Notes under the pieces: model-generated
What the model was told of the DNA's origin: nothing
The model's input: only the letters and a program-made list of their open reading frames with translations
Databases searched by the model: none
Assembly: GCA_964016885.1 (NCBI GenBank)
Contig: OZ024742.1
Coordinates: forward strand, 167,772,001-167,836,000
DNA: 64,000 bases
Source of the DNA: Eledone cirrhosa
Taxonomy: Eukaryota
Reading direction: 5' to 3'
Made by a program: the position numbers and the translations under genes
In this document: positions 1 through 10,300 of the stretch, piece by piece
Layout of the letters: every line of letters starts with the position of its first letter
How positions within the stretch are numbered: position 1 is the first letter of the stretch

Positions 1-363
1 GTAAAAAAAATCAGAGGGAGATAATTTGTAAAAAAATCAGGGGGAGATAATTTGTAAAAAAAAAATCAGGGGGAGATAATTTGTAAAAAAAATCAGGGGG
101 AGATAATTTGTAAAAAAAAATCAGGGGTAGATAATTTGTAAAAAAAAATCAGGGGGAGATAATTTGTAAAAAAAAATCAGGGGGAGATAATTTGTAAAAA
201 AAATCAAGGGGAGATAATTTCCAGCCGTCCAAGGAGAGATAATTTTAAAAAAAAATCAGGCGGAGATAATTTGTAAAAAAAATCAAGGGGAGATAATTTG
301 TAAAAAAAAATCAGGGGGAGATAATTTGTAAAAAAAATCAAGGGGAGATAATTTCCAGCCGTC

Positions 364-480
364 CAAGGGAAGATAATTTCCAGCACTCCAAGGGGCTATA
401 ATTTCCAGTGTCCAAGGGGAGATAATTTCCAGCCAGCGAAGGGGAGATAATTTTTTTTAAAAAATCAGGGGGAGATATGT
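364..480 (+). repeat. Variant cassette Y, first instance: GGGAAGATAA..C(C/A)CTCC / GGGGCTATAA..CAG(CG/TG/CA)TCC / ..CCAGCCAGCGAAGGGG / TnAm tract
   Basis: The same ordered variant monomers recur at about 1685, 1860, 3230, 3890, 4630, 5335, 6100, 7635, 9130 and throughout the window. Confidence 0.9.
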
Positions 481-515
481 AAAAAAAATCAGAGGGAGAT
501 AATTTCTAAAAAAAA

Positions 516-885
516 TCAAAGGGAGATAATTTCCAGCCGTCCAAAGAGAGATAATTTCTAGCCGTCCAAGGGGAGATAATTTCCAGCCAAGGGAAGATAA
601 TTTCCAGCCGTCCAAGGGGAGATAATTATTTAAAAAATCAGGTGGAGATAATTTGTAAAAAAAATCAGGGGGAGATAATTTGTAAAAACAAAATCAAGGG
701 CAGATAATTTCCAGCTGTCCAAGGGGAGATAATTTCCAGCCGTGCAAGGGGAGATAATTTCCAGCCGTCCAAGGGGAGATAATTTCCATCCTTCCAAGGG
801 GAGATAATCTCCAGCCGTCCAAGGGGAGATAATTTCCCGCCAGCCAAGGGAAGATAATTTTTAAAAAAATCAGGCGGAGATTGTA
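516..885 (+). repeat. Variant cassette Z, first instance: CAAAGGGAG / CCAAAGAGAG..CTAG / 21-bp short monomer / CAGGTGGAG / AAAAACAAAATCAAGGGCAG / CTGTCC / CCGTGCAAG / CCATCCTTCC / CCCGCCAGCC / GGCGGAGATTGT
   Basis: It recurs in the same order near 7785, 11730, 17935, 24560, 31360, 36740, 40890, 43985, 57570 and 59480. It underlies the repeated 60-aa 'MAGGKLSP...KDGNY' ORFs. Confidence 0.9.
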
Positions 886-1113
886 AAAAAAATCAGGGGG
901 AGATAATTTGTAAAAAAATCAGGGGGAGATAATTTGTAAAAAAAAAATCAGGGGAGATAATTTGTAAAAAAAAATCAGGGGGAGATAATTTGTAAAAAAA
1001 AAATCAGGGGGAGATAAATTGTAAAAAAAAATCAGGGGGAGATAATTTGTAAAAAAAAATCAAGGGGAGATAATTTGTAAAAAAAATCAGGGGGAGATAA
1101 TTAGTAAAAAAAT

Positions 1114-1340
1114 CAAGGGGAGATAATTTCCAGCCGTCCAAGGGGAGGTAATATCTAGCCGTCCAAGGGGAGATAATTTCCAGCCGTCCAAGGGGAGATA
1201 ATTTCCAGCCGTCCAAGGGCAGATAATATCCAGCCGTCCAAGTAGACATATTTTCCAGCCGTCCAAGAAGAGGTAATTTCTAGCCGTCCAAGGGGAGATA
1301 AATTCCAGCCTCCAAGGGGAGATAATTTCCAGCCAGCCAA
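1114..1340 (+). repeat. Variant cassette X, first instance: nine type-A monomers including GGAGGTAATATCTAG, GG(T/C)AGATAATATCC, AG(T/G)AGACA(TA)TTTTCC, GAGGTAATTTCTAG, GATAAATTCCAGCCTCC and CCAGCCAGCC
   Basis: It recurs with ends at 2237, 2915, 9531, 13429, 16364, 19657, 22491, 26281, 28125, 35842, 37773, 40094, 41922, 43220, 48571, 50446, 51770, 55341, 60307 and 61857. These are the ORF ends 'MAGWKLSPLGGWNL'. Confidence 0.92.
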
Positions 1341-4300
1341 GGGGAGATAATTTGTAAAAAAATCAGGGGGAGATAATTTGTAAAAAAAATCAGGGGGAGA
1401 TGATTTGTAAAAAAAAATCAGGGGGAGATAATTTGTAAAAAAAATCAGGGGGAGATAATTTGTAAAAAAAAATCAGGGGGTGATAATTTGTAAAAAAAAA
1501 TCAGGGGGAGATAATTTGTAAAAAAAAATCAGGGGGAGATAATTTGTAAAAAAAATCAAGGGGAGATAATTTCCAGCCGTCCAAGGGGAGATAATTTCCA
1601 GCCGTCCAAGGGGAGGTAATATCTAGCCGTCCAAGGGGAGATAATTTCCAGCCGTCCAAGAGGAGATAATTTCCAGCCGTCCAAGGGAAGATAATTTCAA
1701 GCCCTCCAAGGGGCTATAATTTCCAGTGTCCAAGGGGAGATAATTTCCAGCCAGCGAAGGGGAGATAATTTTTTTTTAAAAATCAGGGGGAGATTTGTAA
1801 AAAAAATCAGGGGGAGATAATTTGTAAAAAAAATCAAGGGGAGATAATTTCCAGCCGTCGAAGGGAAGATAATTTCCAGCCCTCCAAGGGGCTATAATTT
1901 CCAGCGTCCAAGGGGAGATAATTTCCAGCCAGCGAAGGGGAGATAATTTTTTAAAAAAAATCATTGGGAGATTTGTAAAAAAAATCAGGGAGAGATAATT
2001 TGTAAAAAAAATCAAGGGGAGATAATTTCCAGCCGTCCAAGGGGAGGTAATATCTAGCCGTCCAAGGGGAGATAATTTCCAGCCGTCCAAGGGGAGATAA
2101 TTTCCAGCCGTCCAAGGGTAGATAATATCCAGCCGTCCAAGTAGACATTTTCCAGCCGTCCAAGGAGAGGTAATTTCTAGCCGTCCAAGGGGAGATAAAT
2201 TCCAGCCTCCAAGGGGAGATAATTTCCAGCCAGCCAAGGGGAGATAATTTGTAAAAAAATCAGGGGGAGATAATTTGTAAAAAAAATCAGGGGGAGATAA
2301 TTTGTAAAAAAAATCAGGGGGAGATAATTTGTAAAAAAAAATCAGGGGGAGATAATTTGTAAAAAAAAATCAGGGGGAGATAATTTGTAAAAAAAATCAA
2401 GGGGAGATAATTTCCAGCCGTCCAAGGGGAGATAATTTTCAGCCGTCCAAGGGGAGATAATTTCCAGCCGTCCAAGGGGAGATAATTTCCAGCCGTCCAA
2501 GGGGAGATAATTTCCAGCCGTCCAAGGGGAGATAGTTTTTTTAAAAAAATCAGGCGGAGATAATTTGTAAAAAAAAAATCAGGGGGAGATAATTTGTAAA
2601 AAAAAATCAGGGGGAGATAATTTGTAAAAAAAAATCAAGGGGAGATAATTTGTAAAAAAAATCAGGGGGAGATAATTAGTAAAAAAATCAAGGGGAGATA
2701 ATTTCCAGCCGTCCAAGGGGAGGTAATATCTAGCCGTCCAAGGGGAGATAATTTCCAGCCGTCCAAGGGGAGATAATTTCCAGCCGTCCAAGGGTAGATA
2801 ATATCCAGCCGTCCAAGTAGACATATTTTCCAGCCGTCCAAGGAGAGGTAATTTCTAGCCGTCCAAGGGGAGATAAATTCCAGCCTCCAAGGGGAGATAA
2901 TTTCCAGCCAGCCAAGGGGAGATAATTTGTAAAAAAATCAGGGGGAGATAATTTGTAAAAAAAATCAGGGGGAGATAATTTGTAAAAAAAATCAGGGGGA
3001 GATAATTTGTAAAAAAAAATCAGGGGGAGATAATTTGTAAAAAAAAATCAGGGGGAGATAATTTGTAAAAAAAAATCAGGGGGAGATAATTTGTAAAAAA
3101 AATCAAGGGGAGATAATTTCCAGCCGTCCAAGGGGAGATAATTTCCAGCCGTCCAAGGGGAGGTAATATCTAGCCGTCCAAGGGGAGATAATTTCCAGCC
3201 GTCCAAGAGGAGATAATTTCCAGCCGTCCAAGGGAAGATAATTTCAAGCCCTCCAAGGGGCTATAATTTCCAGTGTCCAAGGGGAGATAATTTCCAGCCA
3301 GCGAAGGGGAGATAATTTTTTTTTAAAAATCAGGGGGAGATTTGTAAAAAAAATCAGGGGGAGATAATTTGTAAAAAAAATCAAGGGGAGATAATTTCCA
3401 GCCGTCGAAGGGGAGATAATTTCCAGCCAGCGAAGGGGAGATAATTTTTTTTTAAAAATCAGGGGGAGATTTGTAAAAAAAATCAGGGGGAGATAATTTG
3501 TAAAAAAAAATCAGGGGGAGATAATTTGTAAAAAAAATCAATTGGAGATAATTTCCAGCCGTCCAAGTAGAGATAATTTAAAAAAAAAATCAGGCGGAGA
3601 TAATTTGTAAAAAAAAATCAGGGGGAGATAATTTGTAAAAAAAAATCAGGGGTAGATAATTTGTAAAAAAAAATCAGGGGGATGATAATTTGTAAAAAAA
3701 TCAGGGGGAGATAATTTGTAAAAAAAATCAAGGGGAGATAATTTCCAGCCGTCCAAGGAGAGATAATTTTAAAAAAAAATCAGGCGGAGATAATTTGTAA
3801 AAAAAAATCAGGGGGAGATAATTTGTAAAAAAAAATCAGGGGGAGATAATTTGTAAAAAAAATCAAGGGGAGATAATTTCCAGCCGTCGAAGGGAAGATA
3901 ATTTCCAGCCCTCCAAGGGGCTATAATTTCCAGCGTCCAAGGGGAGATAATTTCCAGCCAGCGAAGGGGAGATAATTTTTTTTAAAAAATCATTGGGAGA
4001 TTTGTAAAAAAAATCAGGGGGAGATAATTTGTAAAAAAAATCAAGGGGAGATAATTTCCAGCCGTCCAAGGGGAGGTAATATCTAGCCGTCCAAGGGGAG
4101 ATAATTTCCAGCCGTCCAAGGGGAGATAATTTCCAGCCGTCCAAGGGTAGATAATATCCAGCCGTCCAAGTAGACATTTTCCAGCCGTCCAAGGAGAGGT
4201 AATTTCTAGCCGTCCAAGGGGAGATAAATTCCAGCCTCCAAGGGGAGATAATTTCCCGCCAGCCAAGGGAAGATAATTTTAAAAAAAATCAGGCGGAGAT

Positions 4301-7300
4301 TGTAAAAAAAATCAGGGGGAGATAATTTGTAAAAAAATCAGGGGGAGATAATTTGTAAAAAAAAAATCAGGGGGAGATAATTTGTAAAAAAAAATCAGGG
4401 GGAGATAATTTGTAAAAAAATCAAGGGGAGATAATATGCAGCTGTCCAAGGGGAGATAATTTTCAGCCGTCCAAGGGGAGATAATTTCCCGCCAGCCAAG
4501 GGAAGATAATATTTAAAAAAATCAGGGGGAGATAATTTGTAAAAAAAAATCAGGGGGAGATAATTTGTAAAAAAAATCAGGGGGAGATAATTTGTAAAAA
4601 AAATCAAGGGGAGATAATTTCCAGCCGTCCAAGGGAAGATAATTTCCAGCCCTCCAAGGGGCTATAATTTCCAACGTCCAAGGGGAGATAATTTCCAGCC
4701 AGCGAAGGGGAGATAATTTTTTTAAAAAAATCACTGGGAGATTTGTAAAAAAAATCAGGGGGAGATAATTTGTAAAAAAAATCAAGGGGAGATAATTTCC
4801 AGCCGTCCAAAGAGAGATAATTTCTAGCCGTCCAAGGGGAGATAATTCCCAGCCAAGGGGAGATAATTTCCAGCCGTCCAAGGGGAGATAATTTTTAAAA
4901 AATCAGGTGGAGATAATTTGTAAAAAAAATCAGTGGAAGATAATTTGTAAAAACAAAATCAAGGGCAGATAATTTCCAGCCGTCCAAGGGGAGATAATTT
5001 CCCGCCAGCCAAGGTAGGATAATATTTAAAAAAATCAGGCGGAGATAATTTGTAAAAAAAATCAGGGGGAGATAATTTGTGAAAAAATCAGGGGGAGATA
5101 ATTTGTAAAAGAAAAATCAGGGTCAGATAATTTGTAAAAAAAATCAGGGGGAGATAATTTGTAAAAAAAAATCAGGGGTAGATAATTTGTAAAAAAAAAT
5201 CAGGGGGAGATAATTTGTAAAAAAAATCAAGAGGAGATAATTTCCAGCCGTCCAAGGAGAGATAATTTAAAAAAAAAATCAGGCGGAGATAATTTGTAAA
5301 AAAATCAAGGGGAGATAATTTCCAGCCGTCCAAGGGAAGATAATTTCCAGCCCTCCAAGGGGCTATAATTTCCAGTGTCCAAGGGGAGATAATTTCCAGC
5401 CAGCGAAGGGGAGATAATTTTTTTAAAAAAATCAGGGGGAGATTTGTAAAAAAAATCAGAGGGAGATAATTTGTAAAAAAAATCAAAGGGAGATAATTTC
5501 CAGCCGTCCAAAGAGAGATAATTTCTAGCCGTCCAAGGGGAGATAATTTCCAGCCAAGGGGAGATAATTTCCAGCCGTGCAAGGGGAGATAATTTCCAGC
5601 CGTCGAAGGGGAGATAATTTCCATCCTTCCAAGGGGAGATAATTTCCAGCTGTCCAAGGGGAGATAATTTCCCGCCAGCCAAGGGAAGATAATTTTTTAA
5701 AAAATCAGGCGGAGATTGTAAAAAAATTCAGGGGGAGATAATTTGTAAAAAAATCAGGGGCAGATAATTTGTAAAAAAAAAATCAGGGGGAGATAATTTG
5801 TAAAAAAAAATCAGGGGGAGATAATTTGTAAAAAAAAATCAGGGGGAGATAATTTGTAAAAAAGATTAAGGGGAGATAATTTGCAGCCGTCCAAGGGGAG
5901 ATAATTTTCAGCCGTCCAAGGAGAGGTAATTTCTAGCCGTCCAAGGGGAGATAATTTCCAGCCGTCCAAGGGGAGATAATTTCCAGTCGTCCAAGGGAAG
6001 ATAATTTTTTTAAAAAAATCAGGCGGAGATAATTTGTAAAAAAAAATCAGGGGGAGATAATTTGTAAAAATTCAAGGGGAGATAATTTCCAGCCGTCCAA
6101 GGGAAGATAATTTCCAGCCCTCCAAGGGGCTATAATTTCCAGCGTCCAAGGGGAGATAATTTCCAGCCAGCGAGGGGGAGATAATTTTTTTTAAAAAAAT
6201 CAGGGGGAGATAATTTGTAAAAAAAATCAGGGGGAGATAATTTGTAAATAAAATCAAGGGGAGATAATTTCCAGCCGTCCAAAGAGAGATAATTTCTAGC
6301 CGTCCAAGGGGAGATAATTTCCAGCCAAGGGGAGATAATTTCCAGCCGTCCAAGGGGAGATAATTTTTTAAAAAATCAGGTGGAGATAATTTGTAAAAAT
6401 AATCAGGGGAAGATAATTTGTAAAAACAAAATCAAGGGCAGATAATTTCCAGCCGTCCAAGGGGAGATAATTTCCAGCAGTGCAAGGGGAGATAATTTCC
6501 AGCCGTCCAAGGGGAGATAATTTCCATCCTTCCAAGGGGAGATAATTTCCAGCCGTCCAAGGGGAGATAATTTCCCGCCAGCCAAGGAGAGATAATATTT
6601 AAAAAAATCAGGCGGAGATAATTTGTAAAAAAAATCAGGGGGAGATAATTTGTAAAAAAATCAGGGGGAGATAATTTGTAAAAAAAATCAGGGGGAGATA
6701 ATTTGTAAAAAGAAAATCAGGGGTAGATAATTTGTAAAAAAAAATCAGGGGGAGATAATTTGTAAAAAAAAAATCAGGGGGAGATAATTTGTAAAAAAAT
6801 CAAGGGGAGATAATTTGCAGCCGTCCAAGGGGAGATAATTTTCAGCCGTCCAAGGAGAGGTAATTTCTAGCCGTCCAAGGGGAGATAATTTCCAGCCGTC
6901 CAAGGGGAGATAATTTCCAGCCGTCCAAGGGGAGATAATTTTTAAAAAGAAATCAGGCGGAGATAATTTGTAAACAAAAATCAGGGGGAGATAATTTGTA
7001 AAAAAAAATCAGGGGGAGATAATTTGTAAAAAAAATCAGGGGGAAATAATTTGTAAAAAAAATCAAGCGGAGATAATTTCCAGCCGTCCAAGGGGAGGTA
7101 ATATCTAGCCATCCAAGGGGAGATAATTTCCAGCCGTCCAAGGGGAGATAATTTCCAGCCGTCCAAGGGGAGATAATTTCCAGCCGTCCAAGGAGACATA
7201 TTTTCCAGCCGTCCAAGGAGAGGTAATATCTAGCCGTACAAGGGGAGATAAATTCCAGCATCCAAGGGGAGATAATTTCCAGCCAGCCAAGGGGAGATAA

Positions 7301-10300
7301 TTTGTAAAAAAATCAGGGGGAGATAATTTGTAAAAAAAATCAGGGGGAGATAATTTGTAAAAAAAATCAGAGGGAGATAATTTGTAAAAAAAAATCAGGG
7401 GGAGATAATTTGTAAAAAAAATCAAGGGGAGATAATTTCCAGCCGTCCAAGGGGAGATAATTTGCAGCCGTCCAAGGGGAGATAATTTCCAGCCGTCCAA
7501 GGGGAGATAAGTTGTAAAAAAAAATCAGGCGGAGATAATTTGTAAAAAAAATCAAGGGGAGATAATTTGTAAAAAAAAATCAGGGGGAGATAATTTGTAA
7601 AAAAAATCAAGGGGAGATAATTTCCAGCCGTCCAAGGGAAGATAATTTCCAGCACTCCAACGGCCTATAATTTGCAGTGTCCAAGGGGAGATAATTTCCA
7701 GCCAGCGAAGGGGAGATAATTTTTTTAAAAAAATCAGGGGGAGATATGTAAAAAAAATCAGAGGGAGATAATTTCTAAAAAAAATCAAAGGGAGATAATT
7801 TCCAGCCGTCCAAAGAGAGATAATTTCTAGCCGTCCAAGGGGAGATAATTTCCAGCCAAGGGGAGATAATTTCCAGCCGTCCAAGGGGAGATAATTATTT
7901 AAAAAATCAGGTGGAGATAATTTGTAAAAAAAATAAGGGGGAGATAATTTGTAAAAACAAAATCAAGGGCAGATAATTTCCAGCTGTCCAAGGGGAGATA
8001 ATTTCCAGCCGTGCAAGGGGAGATAATTTCCAGCCGTCCAAGGGGAGATAATTTCCATCCTTCCAAGGGGAGATAATTTCCAGCCGTCCAAGGGGAGATA
8101 ATTTCCCGCCAGCCAAGGAAAGATAATTTTTTAAAAAATCAGGCGGAGATTGTAAAAAAAATCAGGGGGAGATAATTTGTAAAAAAATCAGGAGGAGATA
8201 ATTTGTAAAAAAATCAAGGGGAGATAATTTCCAGCTGTCCAAGGGGAGGTAATATCTAGCCGTCCAAGGGGAGATAATTTTCAGCCGTCCAAGGGGAGAT
8301 AATTTCCAGCCGTCCAAGGGTAGATAATATCCAGCCGTCCAAGGAGACATATTTTCCAGCCGTCCAAGGAGAGGTAATTTCTAGCCGTCCAAGTGGAGAT
8401 AAATTATAGCCTCCAAGGGGAGATAATTTCCAGCCAGCCAAGGGGAGATAATTTGTAAAAAAATCAGGGGGAGATAATTTGTAAAAAAAATCAGGGGGAG
8501 ATAATTTGTAAAAAAAAATCAGGGGGAGATAATTTGTAAAAAAAATCAGGGGGAGATAATTTGTAAAAAAATCAAGGGGAGATAATTTCCAGCCGTCCAA
8601 GGAGAGATAATTTAAAAAAAAAATCAGGCGGAGATAATTTGTAAAAAAAAATCAGGGGGAGATAATTTGTAAAAATAAATCAGGGGGAGATAATTTATAA
8701 AAAAAATCAAGGGGAGATAATTTCCAGCCGTCCAAGGGGAGATAATTTTCAGCCGTCCAAGGGGAGATAATTTCCAGCCGTCCAAGGGGAGATAATTTTA
8801 AAAAAAAATCAGGCGGAGATAATTTGTAAAAAAAATCAAGGGTAGATAATTTGCAACCGTCCAAGGGGACATAATTTTCAGTCGTCCAAGGAGAGGTAAT
8901 TTCTAGCCGTACAAGGGGAGATAATTTCCAGCCGTCCAAGGGGAGATAATTTCCAGCCGTCCAAGGGGAGATAATTTTTTTTTAAAAATCAGGCGGAGAT
9001 AATTTGTAAAAAAAAAATCAGGGGGAGATAATTTGTAAAAAAAAATCAGGGGGAGATAATTTGTAAAAAAAAATCAGGGGGAGATAATTTGTAAAAAAAA
9101 TCAAGGGGAGATAATTTCCAGCCGTCCAAGGGAAGATAATTTCCAGCCCTCCAAGGGGCTATAATTTCCAGCGTCCAAGGGGAGATAATTTCCAGCCAGC
9201 GAAGGGGAGATAATTGTTTTAAAAAAATCATTGGGAGATTTGTAAAAAAAATCAGGGGGAGATAATTAATAAAAAAAATCAAGGGGAGATAATTCCCAGC
9301 CGTCCAAGGGGAGGTAATATCTAGCCGTCCAAGGGGAGATAATTTCCAGCCGTCCAAGGGGAGATAATTTCCAGCCGTCCAAGGGTAGATAATATCCAGC
9401 CGTCCAAGGGTAGATAATATCCAGCCGTCCAAGGAGACATATTTTCCAGCCGTCCAAGGAGAGGTAATTTCTAGCCGTCCAAGGGGAGATAAATTCCAGC
9501 CTCCAAGGGGAGATAATTTCCAGCCAGCCAAGGGGAGATAATTTGTAAAAAAATCAGGGGGAGATAATTTGTAAAATAAATCAGGGGTAGATAATTTGTA
9601 AAAAAAAATCAGGGGGAGATAATTTGTAAAAAAAAATCAGGGGGAGATAATTTGTAAAAAAAATCAAGGGGAGATAATTTCCAGCCGTCCAAGGAGAGAT
9701 AATTTTAAAAAAAAATCAGGCGGAGATAATTTGTAAAAAAAAATCAGGGGGAGATAATTTGTAAAAAAAAATCAGGGGGAGATAATTTGTAAAAAAAATC
9801 AAGGGGAGATAATTTCCAGCCGTCCAAGGGGAGATAATTTCCAGCCGTCCAAGGGGAAATAATTTTTTTAAAAAAATCAGGCGGAGATAATTTGTAAAAA
9901 AAATCAGGGGGAGATAATTTGTAAAAAAAAATCAGGGGGAGATAATTTGTAAAAAAAAATCAGGGAGAGATAATTTCCAGCCGTCCAAGGTAAGATAATT
10001 TCCAGCCCTCCAAGGGGCTATAATTTCCAGCATCCAAGGGGAGATAATTTCCAGCCGTCCAAGGGTAGATAATATCCAGCCGTCCAAGTAGACATATTTT
10101 CCAGCCGTCCAAGGAGAGGTAATTTCTAGCCGTCCAAGGGGAGATAAATTACAGCCTCCAAGGGGAGATAATTTCCAGCCGTCCAAGGGGAGATAATTTA
10201 AAAAAAAAAACAGGCGAAGATAATTTGTAAAAAAAAAATCAGGGGGAGATAATTTGTAAAAAAAAATCAGGGGGAGATAATTTGTAAAAAAAAATCAGGG

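Larger units (their letters stand above)
1..5059 (+). repeat. Copy 1 of a >=5 kb near-identical segment (partner 58967-64000)
   Basis: ORF coordinates match at offset 58,967 (204/59171, 665/59632, 1155/60122, 1776/60743) and then 58,942 (2579/61521, 3863/62805, 4522/63464). Rare variants are shared: GGGATGATAA, CCAACGTCC, TCACTGGGAG, CAGTGGAAG, AAGGTAGGAT. Confidence 0.95.

Noticed and set aside
449-466. TnAn palindromes as intrinsic terminators or retrotransposon insertion scars
   Set aside because: There is no GC-rich stem, upstream gene, inserted element or target-site duplication.
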